64,000 nucleotides of DNA from Mobula hypostoma (lineage: Eukaryota): positions 101,558,001 through 101,622,000 of the forward strand of contig NC_086107.1 in the NCBI RefSeq assembly GCF_963921235.1, read 5' to 3'. Numbering within the stretch: position 1 is the first letter of the stretch; the number at the start of each line of letters is the position of its first letter. Position numbers and translations under genes: made by a program. The notes under the pieces were generated by a model, which ran no database searches, was not told the DNA's origin, and saw only the letters and a program-made list of their open reading frames with translations. Shown piece by piece: positions 37,781 through 50,382 of the stretch.

Positions 37781-38665
37781 AAACTGTTATATAAAAAAAG
37801 CCTTACTGTTCTTACTTGCTACTCACCTTTGTTTCCTTGCCAAAGCCTCAGACCCCTACACTGGCCTATCACACAATGGCTGCTCCAAAATGGTCTCTGA
37901 GACATTGGCTTCCATCTCTTGAGCCACAGCCTCAGTTTGCAACTTTAACTCTGTCCACAGCAAATATCTCCTCTTCTGAGGACCTGTTTTCCTGGGAGAG
38001 CTAGGAGGAAATTAAGGAGGATCATCATCTCAACACTTATGCCTAAACACAGTTCTAAATGCTTCAACCTTGTCTTCAGTGCTCACATGCTGGGCCCATC
38101 ATTATTAAGGTTAGAGATATTCTTGGAAAATCTTCCTTCCAGGAGCTGTTTAATTGTCCGCCACATACATAGCCATTCTATCCATTTGTGTTGCCACTTT
38201 CAGGAAGTTATAGACTTGTACTCTTAAGATCCTCTTGCACATCAATGCTCCTTACAGCATTTACTAGCTTATTTCATCCTGCATTTATTCTCCCAAAATG
38301 CAACGCCTCACAGTTAGCCAGATTACACTCCACTGACCATTTCTCCACATTGTTTGAATAACCTGTGGTATTCTTTGATATATCCTGTAGTATGCTTTGA
38401 TTTAAATTATTTTCCTGTTTTGTTTGAGTATAATCTTGGAATATTTATCTTTATTACAAAGAAAGTTATCTGAAGTGGTAAAAAATGTCATTCAACTTCA
38501 TTTTCAATTTTTAGGATAACAGTTGACTATGGAAATAGACATGATGGCAAAGGAATTGCTGGAGTATGGGGGTGAGGCAGTGGAGGCTGTAGGTCCTGTG
38601 TCAAAACCTCTGGCTTCAGAGATGGAAGCTCTAACATAGCAATTAAAACAAAGGGAAGAGCCTAC

Positions 38666-38744
38666 CTTGCAGCATTGAACTGTCCTTCCTGAAGCCGATG
38701 CAATGAACAATTTTACCCAAATTCACACCAACAGTTCTGTGAAC
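38666..38744 (-). CDS. MEI1: MEI1 coding exon (VHRTVGVNLGKIVHCIGFRKDSSMLQ)
   Basis: Acceptor ttatgtag, donor G|gtaggc; 79 nt, phase 0 to 1. Confidence 0.8.
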
Positions 38745-39179
38745 CTACATAATCCATGTCAAACACTTTAATAAATTACAGTTAAATCCAAGTGATTTAC
38801 TACAAAAGCAATTACTACAAGCAGTAACAGTGCAATAACCAAGGAAAGCTGATCAAAAATATATTTTTATGCAATTTATTGTAGCATCCCTGGGCATAAT
38901 TCTACAAGGTATTAAAAGTAGAGCTTTCATTATTTCATTTAAACATTCAGAAATAACTGTCATAAAGGTGCAATGGTTCATACCAAATATAGGAACGTTA
39001 GCATATTCCTTCTGTATATCTACTTTTAAGTTCATAAAATGCCTGAAATTATAAGGGATGTTAGAGCAATACATAGCAAATTCATACTTCTGCAAATTCA
39101 ATAGTTAATTTTAAAATTTTATTAATCTCTCTATGGACAATCTTGTTTTCTTATCGTATAGACAGAGAAGAATGTTGAT

Positions 39180-39675
39180 TAGAACATAGTACATCAAACA
39201 GTACAGCATAGGAATAGCCCCTTCGGCCCACTATGTTGTGTTGAACCAATTAATTAATAATCAAATGGCTAAGTACTATTGCCTACTGCCTACACAATGT
39301 CTATATCCTTCCATTTCCTTTCATTTATATGCCTTTCTAAACAGTTTACAAAAGTCCGTAATATTTCTGCCTCTACCAGCACCCCAGGCACCCACCACTC
39401 TCTGTGTAAAAAAATTTGCTCCTCACTACTCCTGTGAAATTACTCCCCTCTCACCTTAAGTACATGCACTCTGCCATTAGAAATTTCACCCCTGGGGAAA
39501 AAGATGCTGTCTGTCTATTCCACCCATGCCTCTTATGAACCCCTAGCAGATCTCCCTCAGCCTCTATTGCTCTAGAGAAAAAAAAACCCAAATTTGTCCA
39601 ACCACTTATTATACTACATGCCCTCTCATCCAGGCAATGTCTTCTACGCCCTCTCCAAAACCTTAATATCCTTCC
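39180..39675 (-). mobile_element. CR1 3' fragment
   Basis: agaacatag tail complement and CR1 C-terminal remnants. Confidence 0.7.
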
Positions 39676-42600
39676 TGTTATGTTTTGTAACTCCAAAACA
39701 TTAAACTAATTGAAAGGAAAAGACAGGAGTCTATCTTCATGTTTACTTTAAGTGAGGTGTTCGCGTATCACATGGCGGCATGAAGACGTATGGCATTTAC
39801 GTACTTTTACATATTGTATAACCCGCAATGCAGTCTGTAAATGGCAAAGAATGCTTAATCAAAACAACATATTTACAATAGTACTCAAATATTACTGAAA
39901 TATTAAATAGACAACACTCTTCCCTACTTAGATATAAACTCTAACTTGATATCCAATGCAGCTCAAGAATATACATAGTATACTATATAATACAACTACT
40001 ATATACACATCCACAGCAAAGTAAATTCTAAATTGTTCCATTCAGGCCGAAAGACTTAACCACTGTGGAGGTTTTTTTTACTCTTGTAACACAATGTCTT
40101 TCCTGACAAGAGGGATCAATCTGCTTGGCAGGTGAGACTTGAGGCTGTGAAACAATCTCAGCTCCTGGGTAATCCTCTGTGGTAGCTGTAGGAGTCAACT
40201 CTGGGGCTGCAGGAAGTAGCTCTGACAGCTCTGGTCACCTATCTTCCTTAACAATTGACTGTGCTCTCCTCAACTGATTTATGTGTTGTCTCCAAGTAAT
40301 ATCAAACGCAATCTCCACCATGTAGTTGGGTGGTCCAGTTCTCCTTAACCTTTCGGAGTACGCATTTTTGATTACCTCTATAGTCCCTCATCAAGATTGC
40401 TTGTCCAGGAGTGAAATACTGAACCTCCTTGCTTGACGAGCCATCAATTTGTCTCAGATGTTGGTCCTGTTTACTCCTTCTGAGATTTGGTTTGAGGAGA
40501 TCCAAGTGTGAATACCAGGAACAACATAGCTGGTGAGTTATTGATTGTGGAGTGTGCTGCACTTGCATAAACAAGAAGGAAATTGGCAAGTTTCTGATTC
40601 AGTATCACTGCAGCGTGTTCTACTGACTTTGCTCATAATGCGCCCTTTATACTCTGGACAAACCTTTCTGCCAAGCCACTCATAGCAGGTTGGTATGGTG
40701 CAGATATATGTCTTATTCCATTCATTTTCAAGAATGACTGAAACTGTAGTTCATTGTCACTGCTTAACTGTACTGGAGCACCAGTCCTTGTGAAGAGGCT
40801 TCTCAACACATCAACATTATGCAAGGCTGTAGTGGAAGTTATTGGGAACATATCTGCCCACTTTTAGCTGTATCTACTTCTACTAATAAATTTGTGCCCA
40901 TGAATGGTCCATCAAAATCCACATGAATTCTCTGCTAGGGCAATGGAAGCTATTCCCAGGGACGTAGAGGCGCTGCTCTTGGCATCTTCTGGATGTGTAG
41001 CCATCCCGAATAGTGCATGGCGAAATATTTAATCTGCTGATCTATCCCAGGCCACCAGTCAAAGCTTCAAACTAACACTTTCATTTTGACCATGCCTGGA
41101 TGACTGTCATGGAGCTCCTCTAACACTTCAGCTCTCAGCTTAGATGGTACAACAACCCCCAATCCCCACATAAGGCAACCTCCGTCAAAGGCAAGTTCAT
41201 CCTGGCACCAGTAAAAATGGGGTATCTGGGATTTATGCTGCACATTCTAGCCATTTGGGATGTCACGTAGACCTGAGACAGTGTGGGGTCTTTACTGGTT
41301 TCCCTTTGGATTATCTCTGCCGTAACAGGGAGATTTTTGATTTGCGTTAGGGGGAATACATCAAGAGGAGTGTCCTCTTCTGTAAATTTTGCAGGTATTT
41401 CCTTTTCCAAGGGTAAATGGGACAATCCATTAGCATTTCCATGATTAGTTGACCTCTTAAATTCACCACCTCATACTGCTGTGTCCATTGCCATTTCTTC
41501 CCAATCTGTCATCATGAGTTCAAGGGGTGGAGCACAGTAACCAACTTTGGCTGGAACCTGTTATAGTAATTAACAAAACCTAAAAAGAACTGCAACTGTG
41601 ACACGTTCTTCAGCCTTGGGGCATCTACCACTGATTGAATTTTCTCAACAGACTTGTGTAATTTTCGTGCATCAATAGTGTGACCACAGTAAGTGATGCT
41701 TGGTTTAAAGATTTCACACTTGTTGTTTCATGCTCTGAGCCAATAATCTTCTAATCTATTTAAGACTGTCTTGAGATTTTGGAGATATTCCTTATTGTCC
41801 TTGCCCCTTGCCGATAAAAATGATGTCATCCAGGTAACTGAGTGTCTGGGCAGCCGTGCAGCACCTGGCCCATTGCTTTCTGCCAGAGTGCAGGTGCAGA
41901 TTCTACTCCAAAATTAAGCCTATTGTAGCGATAACGGCCTTTGTGAGCATTTATGGTGAGAAACGCTTTGGACTCTTCTTCCATATCCATCTCTAGGTAG
42001 GCCTCAGGTAAGTCCACTTTGTTGAAGCATTTTCCTCCAGAAAGGATTGCAAAAATATCCTCTATCCTGGGCAGAGGGAATTGATCTTTTTTCAGTACTG
42101 AGTTGATGGTGACCTTAAAATCATCACAGATGCTGACAGACCCACTCTTCTTGGCTCCTGGGACCACTAGCATTGCCCATGCACTCTACTCAAACTTGGA
42201 AAGAATTTCTTCAGCCTCCATGTGATCTAGCTTACTGGCTACTTTATCACAGATGGTACAAGGAACTGGATGTGCTTTGTAAAGCTTGAGTGCAGCATTT
42301 TCAATTAACACTATTTTACCCTTGGTGTGGAACTCCATCCTTGAACACCGCTGTGGCATCATCCAGTACCTTTCTTAATTTGATTTCATTTGGCTTTATT
42401 GCCAGAGATGTGGCATGCAAATAAGGGATGGATCTCCAATCAAGTTGTAGTTGTCTCAGCCAATCACATTCCCACAATGCTGGCCCAATCTGTTTTTACT
42501 ACATACAAGCCTAATGTGGCTCGTTGATTGTTATACAGTATTTCACTGGTACAAATGTTATTCCCACAGGAATTATCTTTTCCCCAGTACATATTCTAAG

Positions 42601-43085
42601 TTGGATATCTACAGGCTTCTGTTCAGTTGCTTTGAAATGACATTCAAACTCATTTTGTAGAAGGAGTGAAACAGCTGAGCCAGTCATTTCATTTTATTTA
42701 CTGCTCACTTTTGGTGTAAGCCATATTGCTTGTCTATTGTTAGTTTTCACATTGTAAATTTCATAGCTGCCCAGTCCTGCATCGTTCTCATCATTATTAG
42801 ATTCTTCATCAACAGCATGCAGATAAGTGCTCTTTCTGAAACCGCACTTGACTTTTTGTCTTTTTCTCTTCCCTGTGCAGTCCATTTATTTTTGTCAACT
42901 GACATGCTCTGTATGTGTCCTACTTTGTGGTATTTTCTGTATACACAATGCAATTTTGTTCATGCTCACTTTCATTCTTGACTGCAACTCAATTGTGTTT
43001 CTGTCTGCTGTTTCATTTGATCCAGCTCTTTTAAATGTAAATTGTGCTTCAGTTACGAGCCTTTTTTGAATGCTTCCTCTGAAGA
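39676..43085 (-). mobile_element. Ty3/Gypsy LTR retrotransposon, degraded, 5' LTR missing
   Basis: 3' LTR 39676-39916 (TG...CA) with PPT taagtagggaagag; integrase (APYQPAMSGLAERFVQ); RT (FPLPRIEDIFAIL, YNRLNFGVESAP); protease and gag remnants. Confidence 0.92.
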
Positions 43086-43099
43086 ATACTGATACTAGC

Positions 43100-43230
43100 T
43101 GGGGTCACCCGTCACCCTAGAAGAAGGCAATGGCAAACCACTTCTGTCGAAAAATTTGCCAAGAACAATTATGGTCAAGGAAAGACCATGATCGCCCGCA
43201 TCATATAACACGGTATATAACGAACGAAAA
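43100..43230 (+). mobile_element. RTE-related SINE/LINE 3' fragment
   Basis: agaagaaggcaatggcaaaccacttctg resembles RTE/Bov-B 3' ends; tail aacgaacgaa. Confidence 0.45.
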
Positions 43231-43307
43231 ATTAACTCCATAAAAATATTTTAAAACAAGAATTTTTGGAAATCTCTTGGCTGCTGTAATGAATATAAAT
43301 TACTAAC

Positions 43308-43477
43308 CTCTGATGTGCTGTTGGTCTGGTTTTGGACTAAACAGGCTAATAACAACCAGACAGACCCAATCAGGTCATCAGGAAGAGATTCAAGGGTATA
43401 TTGCTCTGACCAGCTCAGCTCCATTATCTTCTCCAGCAACTCCATTAGAGAGAAATTAGACAGTAACACAGAAACAA
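43308..43477 (-). CDS. MEI1: MEI1 coding exon (VVSVLLSNFSLMELLEKIMELSW...QTNSTSE)
   Basis: Acceptor attttgtag, donor GAG|gttagt; 170 nt, phase 1 to 0; overlaps ORF 43251..43469. Confidence 0.9.
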
Positions 43478-44939
43478 CTACAAAATTAATATATGTAAAT
43501 GCTTACATCATATACAAATATGTTTAAAGACATATTTCTTCATTAATTGCCAAATTATCCTAAAAATGAGATATCAGAAGCCCATTGTGGTGATCCATGG
43601 CAAGCACTTAGCTATCACTGCATGTAGCCCGCTCTGCTTTGTGGTAGAACAGCAATACTGGGACGACGTAAAAGCAGTATGATTATTTTTGGTTTAATGT
43701 AGGGAGTAAATGCAGCGCATAGGTCATTTTAATCAATATCTGATCATTGCTGCTAGTCTGATGACATCAGGTAACAGGCTTTTCTCTCTTTCCACTGTTC
43801 ATCAGTAACTCTATTTGAAATGACTAATTTTACATATGGTCCTGAAGGCACTGTAGGGCTATTCTAGGTAGTAAGGTAGATAAAGGAGACCAGTGAGTGT
43901 ACTGCATCACAATTTTAGCATTTGATGAAGTATCACACAAAACTTTGTTATGTAAAATAAGGATAACAGTTGGGATAATATATTACCACAGACAGGCTAA
44001 TTAAAGGACACAGCAGAGTAGAAATTAAAGATGATTTAAAAAATGATCAGCTAGGTGTTGCGAGATTCAGTACTTGGCCCTTTGTCATTTACAATCTATG
44101 TTAATAATATTTATTCATTTTTCTAATTAGGTGACATAGTCAGATGTGAGGAAAATTTAGAGGAGTTTAATTAATAGCCAAAATAGGGTATTAATTAAAT
44201 TAAGAAAAACTGCAGCAAGTTGAAGCACAAAGTAATGTGGGGTTCTTTCTGCATGAAGAACAAAAAGCTAGTGTAGAACTGCAGCGGCTACTTGGGAAAA
44301 CTAAGAATTTTGGAGTTTCAAGTGGGGAAGTCCTACTTTGACTGTAGAAGGGACGAGTGAGACGACATCTAGAATATTGTGAACAATTTTGATTTCCGCT
44401 TTTAAGGACATTTAATTCACTGGAAGCTGCTCAGAAAATGTTCAGTAGGTTAATCCCAGAAATCAAGTTTTTAAAAAATGAGAGATGAACTTGTTGAAGC
44501 TACTAGATTTCCAGGGCACCAGACAGGGCAAGAGACCAGAACCCGATGCCATGGTCTCATTAAGAATGAAGATGGGGAAAAATTCTCCTCTCAAAGAGTT
44601 ATGAATCTTTGGAACTTATTGGCTAAGGGCATACATCATCCTTGTCCATATTTAAGGCTGAGATGGGTATATCTCAGGTATAAGTATATGACTCTATTGA
44701 ATGGCGGAGCAGGCTTGAGGAGTTGAAAGCCCTCAGGTCTCCTTTGCCATTCAATAGGTTCCTTGCTTCTGTTTTTATTTCTTAACAAATACATGATAAG
44801 TAGGAACAGAAGTAGGCCTTTTGACTTCTCAAGGCTGCTCAAGGTCAATGTAAGAAATGTTGCCACAAGAAAGCTGCTTCATCATCAAGGAGCCTGAAGT
44901 CCCACACTACTGGGTGGTAGTATCACCATATACTACTTT

Positions 44940-46235
44940 GAGATTCGTTTTTTTGCAGGGATTCACAGGAAAATAAAGAAAAAAATAGAATTTATGAAAC
45001 ACTATACATAAACAAACTGGCAAACAGCCAATGTGCAAAAGAAGACAAATTGTGCAGATAATAAATAAGTAATACTGAGAGATGAATTGTAGAGTTCTTC
45101 AAAATGAGTCTGTAGGTTGTGGTGTAAGTTCAGAGTTGAGGTGAGTGAAGTTATCCACATCAGTTGAGGAGCTTGATGATAAAAACTTCCTGAACCTGAT
45201 AGTATGGGACTTAAGGTTCCTTGATGATGAATGCAGCTTTCTTGTGGCAGGGCTAATTGTAAATGTGCTCAATAGTGGGGAGGTCTTTGCCTGTGATAGA
45301 CTGGGCTGTATCCATCACTTTCTGTAGACCTTTCTGTTCCTTTTCTGTATGGATTGGTGCTTCCATAGAGGGCCATGGTACAAGTAGTTAGGATACGTTC
45401 CACTGTGCGTCAGTGGAAGTTTATCAAAGTTTTTGATGACATGCTGAACCTAGGCAAACTTCTAAGAAAGTAGAGATGCCAGTGTATCTTCTCTGTGATG
45501 GGACTTACATGCTGGCCCCAGGGCAGATCCTTTGATATGATAATGCACAGGAATCTAAAGTTACTGATCCTTTCCAAGTCCGACTCCCTAATGAAGACTG
45601 GCTCATGGACCTCTGGGCTTCTACCTTATGTAATCAGCTCTTTGGTTTTGCTGCCATTGAATGAGAGGTTGTTGTTGTGGCACCATTGAACCATATTTTC
45701 AATATTGCTCCTTTATGCCAATTCACCTGCACCTTTGATTCAGCCAACAGCAGCAGTGCCATAGAATCATAGGCGTTAAACAAGTAGAGCAGGGGGAGTT
45801 AAGCACATGGCCTTGTGGTGCACCTGTGCTGATGGTAATTGTGGAAGAGATATTGTTGTGGATCTTTACTGACTGGCATCTGAAAGTGAGAAAATAAAGG
45901 ATCCAGTTGCAAAGGGAGGTATTGAGGCCTAGATCTTGGAGCTTAGTGATTAGTTTTGATGTGATTATAGTGTTGAATGCTGAGCTGTAGTCAATGAAGA
46001 GCATCCTGATGTATGCACCTTCCTTATCCAGAGGAAGATGCATACCTTATGCACCTTCCTGTTCCAGAGTTGAGTGATTGTCCAATGAAATGTCATTAAC
46101 TGTTCAACTGTTGCGACTATAGGTAAATTGGAGCAGATCCAGGTCACTCCTCTTGCAGGAGTTGATATGATTCACGGCCAACCTCTCAAAGCACTTCATC
46201 ATAATGGATGTAAGTGCTACAGGCCAATAGCCATT
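44940..46235 (-). mobile_element. Rex1/Babar LINE fragment
   Basis: [38 protein letters not shown]. Confidence 0.88.
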
Positions 46236-46710
46236 CCTCAAAGTCCACTTTCCATTCCTTATACCCAAACTGTTGCTGATCAGAAATTTACCTACTTCAG
46301 CCTTAAACAGAGACAAGGATGAGGCTCCTACAGCCAGTGGAATGGAAAAACAGATTACTAAATTGCAAAACAAGCTCAAGAAGCCATTTCTTATGGAGTT
46401 ATGACAGGAATGTCATTCCTAAGCCTCGTCTTTAACATCTGCCTTTTCTCTTTATCTTCAATAAATTTATCATGAACAGGAAAATATAGGTCACTGTCAG
46501 AAAGAATGTCAAACATTTCTCTCTATATTTATACTGTCCCACAATGATGGTCACCCAGGAAACCAAAGACAAAAGTAAAGAGGGATTGCTGATCATGAGA
46601 TGGTATTGTTAGATCCTGGCAAACGGCATACCCTTTTCAACTGAACCTAATTCCTTTTGAAAGTAAATGGTAAATCAAAGCATATATACTTATGATTTTT
46701 ATTTAATTAC

Positions 46711-46821
46711 CTTTGCTCCTGTTGTAGGTTGAAGTTTGTTTTAAACTGCAGTAGAAAAAATTAAAAGCCGGTTGTAAGATATCTGTGTCAAAGGCTTTGC
46801 ATTTTCCTGCCAAGTTACTCA
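46711..46821 (-). CDS. MEI1: MEI1 coding exon (VSNLAGKCKAFDTDILQPAFNFFYCSLKQTSTYNRSK)
   Basis: Acceptor tttttaaag, donor G|gtaatt; 111 nt, phase 1 to 1. Confidence 0.9.
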
Positions 46822-47349
46822 CTTTAAAAATATAAACAAAACATTTGCTTTTCAGTTTTGAATTATTTTCCACTTACAGAAGCATTTCAACATGTATGTA
46901 TTACACATTTACTGAATATAATTGAAGGATAAAATGCCTAGAATGTTTATTTTATTTTTGAAGTCATACATAATAGAAAAATTCAGAGTTGTAAGCTAAC
47001 AATGACCACAAAATAACTTCAGATTCAAGTTATTTTGCAACTTCTATCAGATCATAGATAAAAATAATTATTTTTTGAATTAGGTATATTTTTCGGTATG
47101 AGTAACATCACCCCAAACAGCAAAGGAATGAATGACTTGTTTCAGAAAATCTGGACATTATGGATTAAATGAAACATCTTAGGCAGTGATCGATACACAA
47201 AGAAACTTGGATCCCTTTTTTGAGTGCCTAATGAAGACGCTACCCTTCTGCTTTTCCTACCAATAACTGTGATTTATATGCATCTGCTTTATATTTCTCA
47301 TTTACTCAACTTGATTGGCTTACCTTGGAGCCTCCTTGCATCCTCTACA

Positions 47350-49860
47350 ACTCAAAGTTCAAAGTAAAGTTATTAACAAAGCATATATATTTCACCATAT
47401 ACAACCATAAAATTAATTTTCTTGTGGGCATACACAGCAAATCCAAGAACACAACAGAATCAATGAAAGACACACTCAACAGGATGGGCAAACAATCAAT
47501 GTGCATAAGACAATAAACTATGCAAATACAAAAGAAAGAAAGAAAGAAAGAAAGAAAAATAAATAGATAGATAGATAGATAAATAAATAAATAACAAGGA
47601 CATGAGATGAAGGGTGCTTGAAAGTGAGTTCATAGGTTGTGGAAACAGTTCAGTGATGGGGCATGTGAAGTTGAGAGAAGTTATCTCCTCTGATTCAAGA
47701 GCCTGATGGTTGAAGGGTAATAACTGTTCCTGAACCAAGTGGTGTGGGTCCTGACGCTCCTGTATCTGTTTTCTGATGGCAGCAGCGAGAGGAGAGCATG
47801 GCTGGGTGGTGGGAAGCCCTGATGTTGGATGCTGCCTCCCTTTGACAGCACTTCACGTGGATGTGCTCAATAGCCTTACCCATGATGGACTGGACCATAT
47901 CCACCACTTATTGCAGGAATTTCCATTCAAGGGCAATGGTGTTTAGATTATATTAGATTAGATTATGAGGACACTCAGTCCTCGTATATTGTCATTTAGA
48001 AATGCATGCATGCATTAAGAAATGATACAATGTTCCTCCAGAGTGATATCACAAAAAAAACAGGACCAAAGACCAACACTGACAAGACCACATAATTATA
48101 ACGTATAGTTACAGCAGTGCAAAGCAATACCATAATTTAATAAAGAGCAGACCATGGGAACGGTAAAAAAAAAGTCTCAAAGTTCCGATCGACTCCCGAT
48201 AGTCCGCGATAGCAGGCGGCAGAAGGAGAAAATCTCCCTGCCATAAACCCCCAGGCGCCAACAACTGTCGATGCATTGGAAACACCCGACCACAGACGGT
48301 CCTGAGTCCGTCCAAAAACTTCGAGCCTCCGACCAGCCCTTTGACACCCAGCACCAGCTCTGCCGAGCGCTTTGACCCCTTCCCGGCCGCCGAGCAACAA
48401 GCAAAGCTAAGGACCCGGGGCCTTTCCCTCCGGAGATTCTGGATCACACGGTAGCAGCGGCAGCGAAAAAGGCATTTCAGAAGTTTCTCCAGATGTTCCT
48501 CTGTTCTCTCCTGTCTGTCTCCATCAAATCAGGATTGTGCACGGCACCCTACTTGACAAATTACAGATATCATTCACCGGAGTGGCCGCGCAAGCTGCGT
48601 CGCACTGTTATCTTCTCCTCCTCCTAATACCAAGTTGAGTTGTAACCAGTCAATATACTCTCCACAACACATCTACAGAAGTTTGTCATAGTTTTAGACA
48701 TCATACTGAATGTTCACAAACTTTCAAGGAAGTACAAGCGCTGTGATGCTCTCTTCATAATGGCATTTATGTGCTGGACCTAGGACTGAAATGATAATGC
48801 CAAAGAATTTAAAGTTGCTGACTCTCTCCACCTCTGATCCCCCGATGAGAACTGGCATATGGACCTCCGGTTTACTCCTCAAGTCAATAAACAGCTCCTT
48901 GGTCTTACTGACATTGAGTGAGAGGTGTTGTTGTGGGACCACTCAGTCAGATTTTCAATCTATTCCTCTATGCTGATTTGTCACTACCTTTGATTCCACC
49001 ATCGTCGAATTACAGTGGTGTCATCAGCGAACTTGAATGTGTGGCATTGGACCTGCACTTAGCCACCCAGTCATAAATATAAAGCAACTAGAGCAGAGTG
49101 CCAAGCACACAATCATGTGGCGCACCAGTGCTGATGGAGATTGTGGAGATGGTTTTGTCAATCCAAACTGACTGGGATCAGCAAATGAGGAAATCGAGGT
49201 TCCAATTGCACAAGGAAGTATGGGGCTAAGATCTAGCAGTTTATTGATTAATTTTGGGGGGATGCTAATTTTAAATGCTAAGATGTAGTCGATAAAAAGC
49301 ATCCTGATGCATGAATCTTCGCTTCCAGATGTTTAACATTTTAATGAAGAGCCAAAGAAATGTCATCTATTGTGGACCTGTTCCGACAGTAGACAAACTG
49401 GAGCCGATCCAAGTCACTACTCAGGAAGGTGTTGATATGCTTCATTAGCAACCTCTCAAAATACTTCATCACAGTGGATGCAAGTGCCACTGGATGATGG
49501 TCATTGAGACAGGTTAGCACATTCTTCTAACACACCGGTATAACTGAAGTCAGCTTGTAGCAGGTGGATACCTCAGGTTGCCGGAGCAAGAGGTTACAGA
49601 TCTCACTGAACGCTCCAGTCAGTTGATCAGCACAGGTCTTTAGTACTCAGCCAGGTACTCAGATGCTTTTCATGGGTTTACCCTCCTTAAGGATGCTCTC
49701 ACTTTGGCCTCAGGGACTGAAATCTCAGGATCACTGGGGGTTGTGGGAGTTTGTAAAGATTCCTCCATGTTTTGATGCTCAAAGTGAGCATAGAAGACAT
49801 TGAGTTAATCTGGAAGCGAAGCCTTGTTGTCACTTATGCCGCTTGGTTTCACCTTGTAAG
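47350..49860 (-). mobile_element. Rex1/Babar LINE split by a CpG-rich element at 47943-48625; UTR carries (AAAG)n(ATAG)n(AAAT)n at about 47530-47595
   Basis: MLFIDY, LSLNVSKTKELFIDLR, VERVSNFKFFG. Confidence 0.85.
47943..48625 (-). mobile_element. Non-autonomous CpG-rich retroelement (about 680 bp) with (TCTAA)n-like tail
   Basis: Interrupts the Rex ORF cleanly; begins aggaggaggagaagat and ends ctcataatctaatctaat; no credible ORF. Confidence 0.55.
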
Positions 49861-50001
49861 GGGTAATAAGATTGAAGCTGTACTAATCCCATTTTATTCT
49901 TTCCATATTTCTATTAACTTTTCCAGATTTTACCAGTTAACCATGCATTAAATACAATTTACAGTGGCCAATTAATCTATCAATCAGCGCATCTCTGGGA
50001 A

Positions 50002-50382
50002 TGTTGGTTTAAAACATAATATTGTTTTATTTTTGTTATACTTTAACTTTCCCTATGCTCACTTTTATATTTACATAATCACCTATATACGTGTAATTGT
50101 AGTGTGCAGGATTCTGTATTTTTCTCCAAGTTTCTCTGCAGCAGGTGTCATGCTACTGAATCTGGCTACTTCATAAGTTATTCTTATCACTGAAATGCCT
50201 TGTTATCTACCTAGCCTGAGCTAGTTTTAGTATAAGATGACCACGGCTTCTATGTTCTTTGTCTTTTTTATTGTTCGTTCTTTGTTCTTAGACCACTTAA
50301 TAAACAGCCATAACCAACAAGCGTCAGGCCTTATTCTTGACTTCTGAAGAACCTTTGGATCGCAAAATCACTAGATCCAACA
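50002..50382 (+). mobile_element. Solo LTR (381 bp) inserted in a V-SINE remnant
   Basis: Termini TGTTGG...CCAACA; 4-bp TSD ggaa at 49998-50001 and 50383-50386; internal TATA-like motif and AATAAA. Confidence 0.75.

Noticed and set aside
36500..39916. A single provirus with two LTRs that captured a MEI1 exon
   Set aside because: Both LTRs have a PPT and post-integrase sequence on the same side, so both are 3' LTRs; no PBS or shared TSD seen.
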